A DNA stretch of 64,000 nucleotides, from positions 1,550,001 to 1,614,000 of the forward strand of contig NW_027117344.1 of the NCBI RefSeq assembly GCF_038025025.1, written 5' to 3'. Of the stretch, positions 1 to 12,654 are shown piece by piece. The notes under the pieces were generated by a model that saw only the letters and a list, made by a program, of their open reading frames with translations, did not search any database and was not told where the DNA came from. A program made the position numbers and the translations under genes. Every line of letters begins with the position of its first letter. The first letter of the stretch is position 1. Source of the stretch: Phyllosticta citribraziliensis. Taxonomy: Eukaryota.

Positions 1-456
1 ATTGCCACAAGACCTCACTCAATTGCCAGATTTCAATTCAGATGAAATCGTTGAAGTCGTCGAGTAACATTTGGTTGTGGTGGTGACGTCGCTTACCTGG
101 AGCTCTCACCCTGGCAACACGGGTAGGATGGTCCAGCCAACCGCAGCCTGCATGCAGGGGACGGGACTCGAGATACCAGCCTCTCTTTTAGCAACCTTTC
201 TTTTCCCCTCTGCAAACCCGCTCTGACAGTCTGGCAAGTTCACCAAAAATACCTGTGACCGTCGTCGGTCAAGCAACAAACTAATTGTTGGCCTCAGCCT
301 GACCCGCAACCCGAGAGAAACAACATCGTTGTTTTACTCCCCCGCCGCCATCATCCCAGCAACATTCTACAGCTCTACCCGGCCACGCGATCTCTCTCTC
401 CACACGTTCCAACCTCCCCGCCTTGGTCTCTTGGTCGCTGGGTCGGCCGGTCGAGA

Positions 457-1197
457 ATGCGACCTTCGCTCGCCTCATCTTTGCGACTACTAGTGCTGCT
501 GTCAATCTCCGTCACAAAAGTCGCCGCAAGCGCAGAGCTGCTCGATTATGCAGACATTCAACAAGAGGCCAGGGCGCCTCAATTGCCCGCTGGCGAGCAA
601 AGCAATGCGCCCATAATCCTCTCACCTTTTCTTCCTGGCATCGACATCAACGTGCCGCAAGCCGTTCTGCCCATCGACAACCACCAAGATGAGGAAAGCT
701 ACCGCCGCAACGACTACTCCCTCCCCAACGCAAACGCTACCGCAGCAGTAGCAGTGGCAAACAACAGCGCCTCGGCCGCAACCCCAGCACGCACTGCGCC
801 CGCGACCACTCCGGCCCCCACGACGGTGCCCTACATCTACAAGCCAGTCCTCGAGAAGCGACAAGGCGGCACCACGTGTCCGACCTCGTACAGCGCGTGC
901 GCTGCGCTGGGCGCGCCGGGCCTCTGCTGCCGCCGCAACACCAATTGCGCCCTCGACCAGGCCGGCCACGTCGCCTGCTGCCCCGTCAACGCAGCGTGTA
1001 CGGGAACCATTCGCGGGTCAAGCGTTGCGGGCGGATACAGCGTCAGCACCACCACCTTGGGGACGGCGGCGAGCAGCATTGTGCGCGTGACGACGACGGA
1101 TAGTACGGGCGGCTTCGTGGCCGTGGGGACGACGTTTGTGGCCACGCCGAACGCGGCGGGACGAGTCGCTGTGCCGTGGCTTTTGGGATGGTTCTGA
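457..1197 (+). CDS. Secreted Cys-rich, Ser/Thr/Ala-rich cell-surface protein (possible GPI anchor)
   Basis: Single 246-aa ORF. Hydrophobic N-terminal signal peptide (MRPSLASSLRLLVLLSISVTKVAA), dibasic LEKR|Q Kex2-type site, 8-Cys module CPTSYSAC..LCC....C.......CCP....CTG, Thr-rich stalk, short hydrophobic C-terminus. Confidence 0.8.
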   Translation: MRPSLASSLRLLVLLSISVTKVAASAELLDYADIQQEARAPQLPAGEQSNAPIILSPFLPGIDINVPQAVLPIDNHQDEESYRRNDYSLPNANATAAVAVANNSASAATPARTAPATTPAPTTVPYIYKPVLEKRQGGTTCPTSYSACAALGAPGLCCRRNTNCALDQAGHVACCPVNAACTGTIRGSSVAGGYSVSTTTLGTAASSIVRVTTTDSTGGFVAVGTTFVATPNAAGRVAVPWLLGWF

Positions 1198-1706
1198 AGT
1201 TCGCTTTGGAGGCCCGGGGGGAGACGAGTGATGAGCGATGAAAGTAATTGGCTGGGACGACGATTTACGACGGCATGGTGTCGATAGACATAGACGAACG
1301 ACTCGGAAAAATTGACGATGGAATGACGAGGTATTGGAACGGCTTTTGGGGGGGTCTTTGGAGCCGGCCTGTAAATATTTCTCAAGGGATTACCTACGAC
1401 AGAAGCTAGTGCTCACGGAAGCACAGATCCAGGCACTAATCGCTCTTTGGAGCTACAATGCGCTTTCCTAGAGTCTTCGTGGAACTGAGATTTGTCAAAG
1501 TCCCTGACTGAGGAAGGCTGATGTGTGTGACATTTTACAAGTCTTCTTGTTCAACCAATGTCCGAGATCGAGAATCTAGGCCTTCTACGCATGGCATGGA
1601 TCTACTGTAGCTTTCCAGAATCAGCTCAATCTCCACCCGTGGAAGACTTTCCGCATCATGTACCCACCTATGTGAACAGCGCCTTTTATTATCTTTCCAG
1701 GCATCT

Positions 1707-2602
1707 TTACCAGATGCCCAACCACATCTTCGGCTTCCTCTTCGGCTGCTGTACTTCCTCCTGCTCCTCACCCGCAGCTATACGCTCAGCCTGCTTCTCC
1801 GCCTCCTTCAACTCTCTTTTCAAAGCATCCCTCTTGGCACGCTCCTCCAGCCTCTGCTTCCTGCCCTCAGCATCACGCTTGGCATACTCCTCCGCGCCCA
1901 GGGTCCACTTGTCGAGGTGGCTGCCAGGGTGTTCAAGGCCAAACTCGTCGCGGAACTCGATCCGCTTATCAATGTCATCGGACTTCTTGCGGCGCTTCTC
2001 GAGCGCGTGTTCCGTACCGTCGGCCAGGTGCAGCCGGTACACGTACCAGAACTGCCGAATCGCTTGGAACGGGTGCGTCAAGAGCTCGCCTTTCTCCGGC
2101 AGCTCGTCGCGCCGCTTGGTCGTGACGAGGAATTCCTTCAGCCACATCCAGTACATGCAGGATAGCAGGACGAACTGCGATGCGGTGTTAGCTTGAGGAG
2201 TGGGGGCCAGGTGGGAGTCAGTGTCCGTACCAGGGCGATGAAGCTGTGGAACCGCACAGATTTCACCAGGTAGTATGACCACGTTCCCTTGGGTGGCTCC
2301 ATGTTGGGGTACTTCTTGGTCTTCTGGGCCTGGAGGTCCTCCTCGGTCAACCGCGGACCATATTGATAAGATGGCCGCTTGCGCGTCGGAAGCTTTGCGC
2401 CATGCGACGGCGGCCTGAACTTGTCCGGCTTCTCGAGAACTCGGGGTCCATCCTTCTCGTTTCCGGTGGAAGACTTAGAGGAAGCGAAGCGGGTTGCGGC
2501 GGTGTTGAGGGCAATCGTTGTTCGGAGTAACGAGCGAGACGGAATTTGTCGCGACGCGTTCAGGCGGACGAGGGCTCGCGAGATGGCCGTGGGTGCTGCC
2601 AT
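1707..2602 (-). CDS. Conserved hypothetical protein, probably mitochondrial with one membrane segment
   Basis: ATG at 2602. Intron 2230-2175 (GTACGG..GCTAAC..CAG) joins ORF 2138-2617 to ORF 1707-2282 in frame. Arg/Ser/Ala-rich acid-free presequence, hydrophobic segment FHSFIALFVLLSCMYWMWL, charged coiled-coil tail ending KMWLGIW. Confidence 0.8.
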
Positions 2603-3731
2603 TGTGATTTGGTCCACTCGACCAATGGTTGTTGAGAGCTGATTGCTGAGAGCTATGACAGCTTGGTGTGGTGGTGGTTTGATAATTTCGTGCGGGGATG
2701 GTTGCTAGCGATCGACGTACGGCGTTGTTCTGGTTTTCCCCGTCCGCCGTAGTGCCTCCCCGAGGGCCCCATTCCCGAGCTCCCTTTGACGCCAACACCG
2801 CCGCATTGCGGCTGCTGCAGGGCACCTCATCACACGAATCCTGGTATTTTCTCAGCGCCAAATTCGGCGTCTGCTCTTCTACCTTCCACTCTCAAATCCT
2901 CTCGCACTCTACTTTGTGGGGCATTGTCAATCGCCCAGATGCTAAATCCATCAACGAAGCTGAACGCGGCCGTTGCTTATCGACGCCTTAGGTCAAATTG
3001 AATCTCCAGCATACGGATATCCGATATCAGTAACTCCTCATACTGCGAACAGACAGCCCACGAGGGCGTTTTAGGTCGTCCGTCTCAATTCTTATTCTCG
3101 AAACTCGCTTCTGCAGGACAGCGCGAATAGAACAGCCAGCGCGACGCGTTCCCGGAATTCCAGCTTTTACCAGGAAAGAGCCATTGACCAGTCAAAATCA
3201 AGAGATAGACGTGGCGCAAGATTCTGGCGCCAAAGGCTTGACGCTCCCGATGGATCCTCACGAAAGCTACCCTGGCCCTTACGGCACAGCCGTCGAACAT
3301 CTTCGGGCTGTGCACGCGACTGACGCGAACCGATGGGCTGCTGGGCTCATCTTCCAATGGCATTTGCCGATCAAATGCTCTGGCGCCGACCCCTGATCTC
3401 CCGGACGAGGGCTCCTTGGACTTTCAAATGTTCGCGGCACAGTGCGGACTTCCTGCCCAGATGGTAAACGTGGTCAGGAAGAGTCTTACTGAAGCTGGCC
3501 TATCGTCTGTCGACTTTGATGAAATGCGCGCTTGTAACCTTATTGATCGGCCGGTAGAGCTCTGTCCAGACCACGACGCAGATCCACCATGGCGTTTAGA
3601 ACGAAGATTCCTCACTGATCCCTCCAGTTCACGATGCATAGGCGCCCGCGGGAGACGGGATGCTGGCGGACGGCCTTGGGAAACGAGAACGCCCATTTCT
3701 AAGATAGAAATGTCTTCGAGAGGCTCGCGAG

Positions 3732-3737
3732 TATAAA
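3732..3737 (+). promoter_or_regulatory. TATA box upstream of the NLR-like gene
   Basis: TATAAA about 120 nt upstream of ATG 3855. Confidence 0.4.
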
Positions 3738-3854
3738 GATTCCACTGTCGAGTTGGATTTTGTTATACCTATCTTTCCATCTGTCAATTCAGACGATACT
3801 CATTTTTGTCCACATCTTATCTGTTTCTATTTGAGCGTGCAGGACATCTCAATT

Positions 3855-6800
3855 ATGCCTCTCGGTTTCCTTCGCAAAATCAAACACTCGCAGCCTTCGG
3901 ACGTCCCTGGCCGGACCGGGGACAAGTCAACTCACCACCAGGGCAATGCACTTCCTAGTGTTCCGATGAGGCTGAAGTCGAACGGCAATCTCTATCCCAA
4001 TTCATCCAATTCTGGCCTTCCTGTTGCGTTCGCAGAGAAGAGACAGCCAAGTTCTCTTCAGAGCAGTGCCCATGCCAGACCGGTCAATCCCGGGCCTCCT
4101 CCCGGCCTCACGGGGAGGAAGCAATCAAGCTCTCTCCAGAACAGTTACGACCGTCACAAGCCGAGCAATTCTCAACCTGTTGGTTACCCACAGACGAATC
4201 AGGCTAGTTGTCCCCAGAGCCTTGAAGTGATCCCAACTCACTACGCTCCGCGTCGGAAGTCTGCGTATGACGAAGCCCACGACAAAGCCATACAAGAAAG
4301 GCCTGCCGACATGATACTTCTCATTGAGCAAAACAGGGCCAACACACCTGAAGAGCTGATGAGTTGGCTCACAGAGAGCAATGCAAACCACCTTGCAAAA
4401 GATAGATCTCGTCGTTTGGCTACCAAAGCCAAACCGGCCCTGACCGAATTCACGAAGGTCGTGGAGATTGGAACTGCTCTTTCGAGCCTCGACAAAAGCG
4501 GACATGCTTCTACCGCTGTTGGACTTTTGAAGTCAATACTAGGAGTGAGTGTATACACGTACTCGAGCGTCACAACTGTCTAGGCGACTAACAATCGAAT
4601 AAGATTGCAATGTCCCTCGCCGAAGCTTCTGAAGGTATTCAGACGAAAATCAACGATCTCATTGTCAGCATTCCGGCAGTCAATCAATGCGACCAAATAG
4701 CGTCGAAGAGAAACAATGAATCCATTCACAAGGTAGAGTTGGACCTTGAAACATGGGTTATGTCAATCAAAGTGCTAATTCGGTGTACTCAGACCCTTGT
4801 GAAAATTTACGACATCTTGTTCCAATTCTTCTTCAAGATCTCCGACCTACTCAGCAGAAGTTCCTTCATCACGCGTGCGGTGTTCGAGTCGGGCGAGATT
4901 TCTTCCATGATGGACGACTTCTCGCGCAACTCTAAGCTGCTGTATGAGCAGATTCTTTACAACGGGTTCGACATGCTTTACGATGTCAAGAAGAAAGTGG
5001 ACGGCATGGAGTCGCCCGAAGAGAAAAATAGTAAGCTTGTTTGCTTTCCTCGCGGTGAGCTATTTGCTCACAACGTCATTAGTTCGCGAGTTCTTGGGAC
5101 AGGGCTTAAAGCCAGAGCAAGCTTTCGAGAGCAGCTTGCAGCTTGATGAGACCCCAGAACGAAGCTTCGCATGGATCCATTCGGATACCAAAGTTCAGCA
5201 GTGGCTTCAGGATGAGAATTCCAGATTTCTCGTCATGTCTGGCGCGCCTGGGTGCGGAAAGACAACCACCACCAAATATTTCATCCAGCATCTGCGAAAG
5301 AATCAAAGTCGTTGGAGCAACGGCCCAGCCATGGTTTGCTTCTACTACTGCAGAGACGACGACCAAAGGAAGCAGGCCAGAGGCCTTTTTTCCAGCTTAG
5401 CCGCTCAAATCATCGAATCGAGGCCGGACCTTCAGGACCTTGTTGTCGAGTCGCTAAAAGACCTGGATACCAAGTCCACCATTGAGCCATCACTGGAAAA
5501 TTTTGTCGCAGTCTTCGAAAATCTTGTTCAATGTTCTGGATGCCCAATCTACATTCTCATCGACGCACTGGACGAATGTACTACCGAGTCACAAACAAAG
5601 ACCTTAGAGGTCTTCCAGAGAATCCGAACCATGTTTCCATTCAAAGCCTTCTTTGCTTGTCGACAGCAGAAGAAATTCGAAGCCATGGCTCCTGGCGAGA
5701 AAATCCTTTCGATTACTCAACCGCGCTCTCTCGATAGGGATTCTACAATTGCTGACTACTGGATCAACAGGCGCCCTTCACAAAGCGCATTGAATAGCAA
5801 CTATCGAGATAGCATCATCAAGAAGATCGCGCAAAAAGCCGACGGCAACGCTCTCTGGATCAGGCTGGTGGTAAACGAGCTAGATCTCAGTCTCTCACCC
5901 GAGTACAACCTTCAAATGGTTGACTTGTTGCCCAAGTCTCTCCATGGCATCTATGGGAGGATGTTTGAAAAGAACAAGAGTCCCCTACTGGAACGCGCCC
6001 TCCAGTTTTTGGCAGTGGCACAGCGACCACTGGCTCTGATCGAGCTTCAGGCAGCTCTCCGGATGATTTCGGTTGGAAACCGCCTTGCTGGAATGGCTGT
6101 TGAGAAGCTAGGTGGCGCGATTAAAGACTTTGTTCGCGTCGAGCCTTCTGGTGTCATGGGGATCTTCCACCAGTCGCTCAAAGAGCTTATTTTGCAACGA
6201 AAGCCAAGTGCTTGGCTAAACGATCGCAACTACGAACCCATGGAAGTTCTTGATGTCGAAACGACAGAGATGGAGGCCACCATCCACAGCTTTGTTGCAC
6301 AAGTCTGCGTGGAACACCTCGGGAGTCCTGATTTCAACAAAACTCATTTCGATCTCCAAGGCCACATGGCCAGTAAACAGCAGACCGAGGAAAATTTGGT
6401 CGCCGAATTGGAGCGCAAAAACCCTTTCTTCAACTACGCCGCAACGGCTTGGACTTACCATTTTGCTGAATGCGAGGCTCGGAAACCGATCTCCCAGGAG
6501 TTACATGATGCAGCAAACGAAATCTGCAATCCAGCAAAGCAAAACCTCAGGAACTGGATCATTTGTCGCTCGAATCGAGTTCACACAGAGCTGAGAGAAG
6601 ATCTACAAAGGCTCGATCACCTCGTCATCGCCTGCTATTACCACCACAGCTCGAGTGTTGCAAGACTGCTGGGATCTTCCCCTAGTAGTCATCAGAGCAG
6701 TTCAGCGTTTTACTGGGCATTTCGGGCACGCCATACGTCTGCTGTGACAGAACTTCTGAAACGAAAACATCTGTTGAAGGCAGCGGATTGCAACGCCTTG

Positions 6801-8444
6801 GGTGAGACGATATTAGCCACAGCTACTGAACGTGGAGACTACGACTTCCTGGCAGAACTGCTGAAGACTCGTCTGTTTGACAACAACGATGTAAATGAAC
6901 GAAGTCTTGGGATCAGGGCGATCGTCGATCAAAGAGATTGCAACGCTCTGGGAAGAATAAGATTCGAGACTCTGTCCAAGCTTGGCCTCTTCCGCGACGA
7001 CAAGACGAACCCTGTTGGCAAGACAGCTCTGATGATTGCGGCCAGCGAAGGCCACGAGAAGATCTTTGACATGTTGTTTCGCTACGGAGCCGATGGCAAC
7101 ATACCTGATTCCTCTGGGAGGACTCCTATCCGCGGAGCCCTTGAGAGACAGCGCACGTCAATCGCCGCCAAGCTTCTTTCACAAAAGAATCTGAATCTTC
7201 AAGGCTCTGGTGAATATGGGAACGTCCTCACCCTTGCCACAAGGCAAAACAATGTCGAATTGACCCAGGTCCTCCTCAACTACCGGAGCTCCTATGATCT
7301 TTCCGTCGCCCCTGAACACCTTACTGTTGCAGACAAATGGGGCAACACACCACTTCTCTACGCTACCACGAACAACAATCTGGGCGTCGTAAAACTTGTC
7401 CTCGAGAAAGCGTCAGAATTTAGACCTAGGCCAAGCCTCATCCAAAGCGACCTCGCCGGCCTCACGCCTCTTGCCTGGGCCGCCCGTCTGGGCAATGAAA
7501 AGCTCCTGGATGCCATTCTCGGATTCACAGGCGGAAATGGCGTTGGAGACACTGACCTCCAAGGCCACACGCCACTATTACATGCGGCTATGGACGGGCA
7601 CGTAGCTTGCGTCAAGCTGCTAATTGAACGGGCGCACGCGAACATCCACCATCGCACTTCACTCGACGAAACACTGTGGATCGTAGCTGCCTTTGGCGGG
7701 TCTTGCGACGTGCTGAGGTATCTGAGAGGAGTGCCAGGCATGGATATGACATCGCTCAGTCGCTCTGGCAACTCGGCGGTATCAATGGCCGCGCAAGGAA
7801 ATCGGACAGAAGCACTGCAGTTTTTGGTCGAGAGCTGCGGCTTGCGCGCCGACGTCAACAGGCCGAATAACGATGGCGCGACCCCATTGGCACTTGCAAT
7901 TGGACTGGGAAGCCGAGATGCAGCGCGGCAGTTGATCAAGTACAGTGCCGATGTCAACGCCGTCAATCGCGAAGGCCGCACTGCCCTGTCTTTGGCTGCG
8001 GAACGCGGAGACACGGTCACGATGGAGATGATGCTGGCTTCAAGGGCACTGCAACTGGACTCGACGGACAGGTCCCAGCGCACAGCGCTCTCTCACGCCG
8101 CGCAGGCTGGGCACGCCGACACGGTGCAGCTTCTCTGTTCCCGTTCGAGAAGAGGCGTCAACATGCCCGACGCGTGGGGCCGCACGCCGCTGTTCTACGC
8201 TGCCGCCATGGGCCACGTGAAAGTCGTCGCGTTGCTGTTGGAGAAGCTTGGAGCTGCATACGAACAAGACAGTGAGGGTCGGACGCCGCTGGACTACGCA
8301 GTCCACAACGATCGGTTGCAGGTGGTGAATTATTTGCGGCGCTCATCTTTCAAAAAGCCTGCGCAACCGGTCATCTCTTTGGATGAACCACCTGCTCCAT
8401 TGGTCGATCCTATTTGGCCAAGACATGGCAAGATGGGTCGATGA
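3855..8444 (+). CDS. Fungal NLR-like STAND protein: N-terminal low-complexity and helical domain, NACHT NTPase, C-terminal ankyrin repeats
   Basis: Introns 4545-4603, 4733-4792 and 5031-5082 (all GT..AG with branch motifs) join three ORFs in frame. Walker A GAPGCGKT, Walker B ILIDALDEC, post-NACHT FHQSLKE and YAATAWTYH motifs, many ankyrin repeats (GKTALMIAA, GNTPLLYA, GLTPLAWAA, GHTPLLHAA, GRTALSLAA, GRTPLFYAA). Confidence 0.92.
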
Positions 8445-8953
8445 TGGGAATGGGTTTTCTGGAGGATCTTTTGGAGGTGTCGAATCAAAGGTATTGGTGA
8501 AAGAGAAGCTATCATTAGAGAGAGGACCATCCATGACCAATAGTGTGTAAGAAAGATGTTCGTATGTCAGACAAAGCCAATATTGATCGCATGCCCAAAA
8601 ACACAACATTAGCATGGACGAGGATAGGCGACTTCAGACAGTTACCCAATATTGATTACGGTCTTCAGGAAGCCTAAATCTTGGGGTGCTCCATCTCATC
8701 TTTTCCCTAAGCTCGTAATACCATGCAAATGAAGTCAGGGAGTCCAGTCTTTAACCTTCGACCGCGACCTGACGCCGAAATGTACACCAGTGCAGCTCAT
8801 TTCCAACGACAGTCTTTCGCAGCCACCCAGAGTTTATCGTGTCCCAGTTTCCATATACACAAGAGAAGTCTTAACGCCCATGTCCGTATAACCAACCTCT
8901 AAATCCCCAGAGAGAAGGGTCAAATCGCATGCCTCGTCGCTACATTGCATCCG

Positions 8954-11012
8954 TTACCAGCCTCCGCCAATGCTGCTTGCCAACCCCGTGACCCTTTCCA
9001 CATCGCTGACCTTGCTCTTCTTGCCAACGTCACTCTCGACCTTCCGGTAGCTCGTCATAGTCAGAGTGTCGGCATCGATACCGGTGATTTGTGCCCAGTG
9101 CTCTAATATGCCGTGGATGTAAGGAGCAGAGGCATCGATACCGGCTGCAGGAGGTTGCTTTGCGGTCGCGGTGTCCGTCATGCGCGAATCCACGTCCATA
9201 GCGTCGTCCAGCGCGGCGTTGAGGTCTCTCATATCAACATCTGTGCTGGACGAGCCGTCAGACGCATGGACACCGTCCATGTCGACATCTTCGACATCTT
9301 CATCCTCTGATGCTGATGACATGGAGAAGTATGCCTCGTCGACCTTTGACAACCATTCTTTCTGCTCTTGCGGACCTGGCTTGGCCTTTATCGCTGGGGC
9401 CTCTTGTTCCTGCTCTTCCATTCCTTGTTCAGCACCGCCTTCTGTTCGCACTTCCGCGAGATCTGCGACCTTGATTTGGCCTCCGCCGTTCGTGCAACCT
9501 CCAGGGCATGCCATGACTTCCACATAAGCGTAATCGCCCTGTGTGTCAGCTCCTCCTCTTCCTGCAACGGCGCCGCCGCCGGGTCTCCTCGCTCCTCCTC
9601 TCGCAGCCGCACCGGGAAGTCTGCTCGCACGAGCCGGCTTTAGTCGTCTCACTAGGTTCTGGATATTGCGGAAGCCATAGAAGCGTGCGCTCTTGATGAT
9701 AGTGGAGCCATCTGCCGCGCGCAGAATGTACTCTACCACGTCCGCGTTCCGTCCGCGCTCAGTGTGAAGCGAGGAACCAGGATTTTGCGCGGCAAATGTC
9801 TGCATAATGTGGTACAGGTAGCCGCCAGAAGGACCAGCGGCCGCGGGGCCGTTCCGAGTCCGACGACGTGGAAAAAGAAAGGTGTCGATGGTGGGGTCGG
9901 GAAATCTTGGGCGATGTGAGCGGGGCAAGGGAGCGCGTGGGAGATGAGGGAAGAAGGTGTTGCGAGATTGAGCTAGCATAATGAGTTCACGCGCAGTGAT
10001 GACGCAGTCGACGTCCCTGATGCCGTCGTCTGGTTGTTCGGAAGATGGTAGCCATGAGTTGGAGGTGAGTTCGGACCGCGAGGCCTCTAGTTTCTTGTCG
10101 AAGCATGGCATGACGGCCAAATGCCATACTTTCGAAGGGTGAATGCCATACTTGCGGTATAGTACGGACTTGATCAACGTTCCGGCAAGGGCTTGCGGTG
10201 ACTTCATGCGGGAGAGGTGAGGAAGGACGTATGGGTGTGTTTTCTCAGCATAGCAAATCCACCCTGGACACGCCGACGTGAGGATGGGTTTCTTAGGCGG
10301 AGTTGAAGAAGAACCATCTCCCGGCACTGGTGTCGATGTTGGCGAGAACGTAGACACGACCTCGTCAGCGGCGAGGACGAGTGCCGCCTCTCGCACCGTG
10401 TTCGTGTCGATAACCCAGGTAAATCCACTACCATGGTGTCCCCCACTTCGCATGCCATGAGGTCCGCTCAAGAGCTGCTCGACCATATGTCCCGCCTCTC
10501 GTTCACTGACGCCATATGTAGCCGCGAGACTGGCGCGCGCTTGTGGGCTGACACTTGCGACAAATATTCTTCCATCCCCTGTCGAGTCACCGAACCCATT
10601 GGGTGCAGCGCCTGTCCGATGATGCGTCCCGTTCGCGCCCCATCCATTCTGTTGTGCGAGCCACGGCAGCGGCAGTTCTGGGTGCGCGTCGAGGGTATTC
10701 AATACTTCTGTGTGCGACTGTAACGAGACGAGGACAGCTTCTGCAGAGGTGACACAACCGGAGCAGGCGAGGCAGTCTGTGAGGGAGATCTGGGCGGGTG
10801 GAGGGTTTGCGGCGGCGACCTTGTCTTCTGTCGTGACTTCGTAAGGGTTCTGTGAAACCGTAAGTCGTGTGCGAGAGGCGAGAGATTATCAGATGGTGAG
10901 AGCCTACCGACGTCTCCTCGTTTTGTGCTGGCAGCGTTTCAATCGGTTTGATGCACGCGACGCCGGGCGATATGAAATCGTTTAGATCGTCGGCAGATAG
11001 GATGGCGCTCAT
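8954..11012 (-). CDS. NAR1: Cytosolic Fe-S cluster assembly factor Nar1 (Fe-only hydrogenase-like)
   Basis: N-terminus [23 protein letters not shown]; intron 10907-10850; [50 protein letters not shown] and [15 protein letters not shown] motifs. Confidence 0.96.
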
Positions 11013-11419
11013 GGCGAATGTGGGGTATGTGACAAGAACAACAACTCTTGCAAAATAAAGCGCAGTGAAGGGGTATCGTGGGATGTGAGAGAGAAGGACG
11101 AAAAAGCAGCGCGGAAATAGTTCGTACAGCAAAGCGTTTCTGCCGTTAATAATTGAAGAGGTCCGCTATCCGTCATCGCGCAGTCCAGTGGCGGCCGACG
11201 TCGGCCTATCGATAAGCTTGTTTTGTCAGCGCCTTCTCCGCGGCACCGCAAGTGCCACTTCTCACCGCCTGCTGCATGCGGCTTCCAGGGCCTTGAGCCG
11301 CGGAGCGCGTCCTCGCCTTTTCTTCTCCGCCGCCAACACCATTCAACTTCACGATCCAACGCTGTTGCTCACGCCCTTTCGATCTCGCCCCAAGAATCAC
11401 ACTCTCACCCACTGGAACC
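11013..11419. promoter_or_regulatory. Short bidirectional promoter shared by NAR1 and RPB12
   Basis: Head-to-head start codons at 11012 (-) and 11420 (+), 407 bp apart. Confidence 0.6.
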
Positions 11420-11781
11420 ATGTCCCAAACCTACCAGCCCCCTTCGCAGACCGCGGCCCCCGGTGCCTCGCGCCCGACCTTTGAGGAGACCATCAAGCCT
11501 GTGCACTACGTGTGCGGCGACTGCGACGCGCGAGTGACGGTCAAGCGCGGCGAGCAGATCATGTGTCGCGAGTGCGGCCACCGTGTTCTCTACAAGGAGC
11601 GGACAAATAGGTAAGCCTCAGACTTGACAGGGAAAGAGAACGGCAACGCAAGGCCGCACAAGAAGCAGCGCAAGAGCATGGTGGACTAGAAGCCGTGCCC
11701 TGCAGCACAACCCAACAACCTTGCTTGAGACCAGTCTAACACTTTGTGTCTTGTAGGATGGTCCAATTCGAAGCCCGCTAG
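11420..11781 (+). CDS. RPB12: RNA polymerase I/II/III shared subunit RPABC4 (zinc ribbon)
   Basis: YVCGDC..IMCRECGHRVLYKERTNR, then intron 11611-11756 (GTAAGC..CTAAC..TAG), then MVQFEAR stop: the characteristic Rpb12/Rpc10 C-terminus. Confidence 0.96.
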
Positions 11782-12654
11782 GCTTCTCGAGCTTCCCTCC
11801 AGCTCATTCGAGTTCAAACACATCCATCAACTCCGCAAACTGCCACGAGACTCCCACCCACTTCTGCGCGGGGAAAGATTGCTACCACACTCGCAAGCAT
11901 CTCTAGATGAAAGAGAAAGAGAACGATGCTTTCAATATGGACACCCACCAAACCATTGCCCCCTGCCTTCTCTCGCTCCCTGCAACATGGAATTGGGGTT
12001 GGACAATTGCTCCCACCGGCAGCACAGCTGGTTACCTGGTTATCAAGGCGATAGGCTGGAGCGGTACCCATGGCGTAATTTTGTTTTTGGGATGGAAGGG
12101 TTCAATGCACTAGTTCATGGCGTAGCTTTTCAAAATATATACCAGGGCTCGCAGCTCTCACGCTCCTAGAGGCCGTTCCTGTCATTGCAAAGAATTCACG
12201 ACCCTGGCCACCAAGAAAGCCAGAAACATGGAAGTTCTTTTTTGTGCCATTTATGTTCAGAGCTGGAGACTTGTACTATCTGCCGATACCGTTCCACGTC
12301 CACGTCGTTCCACTTCGTCCATGCGCGCATGCTTCGCATTCGATTGACCATTCCAATTCTTCCTTTCCTTCCGAAGCAACGCTCCGTAGGTTGTAAACTC
12401 CGATTCAATCAGTGCCGAGAGAGGGTTTGGAGAGGCATGGGGCTCTTTCCCCCACAAGAAAAACCAGTCAGACAAAAGAGCAGCAGGGGTTTAGGTCTGA
12501 ACAAAAGCCCGCGCCGCAAGCTTACGTTTCTACCGTTCCGTACCCTTCTGTTGTGCTGCCGGTTACTGTGTTCCTTTTCTATGCATCACGCATTCGTTTT
12601 CGAGTGAAACCCATCTGATGCAGCCACCAAATCTGATGGCGAAAATCTGCTCCT

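Noticed and set aside
11611..11756. Longer-than-usual RPB12 intron as possible snoRNA host
   Set aside because: No C/D box pair or convincing H/ACA hairpins seen.
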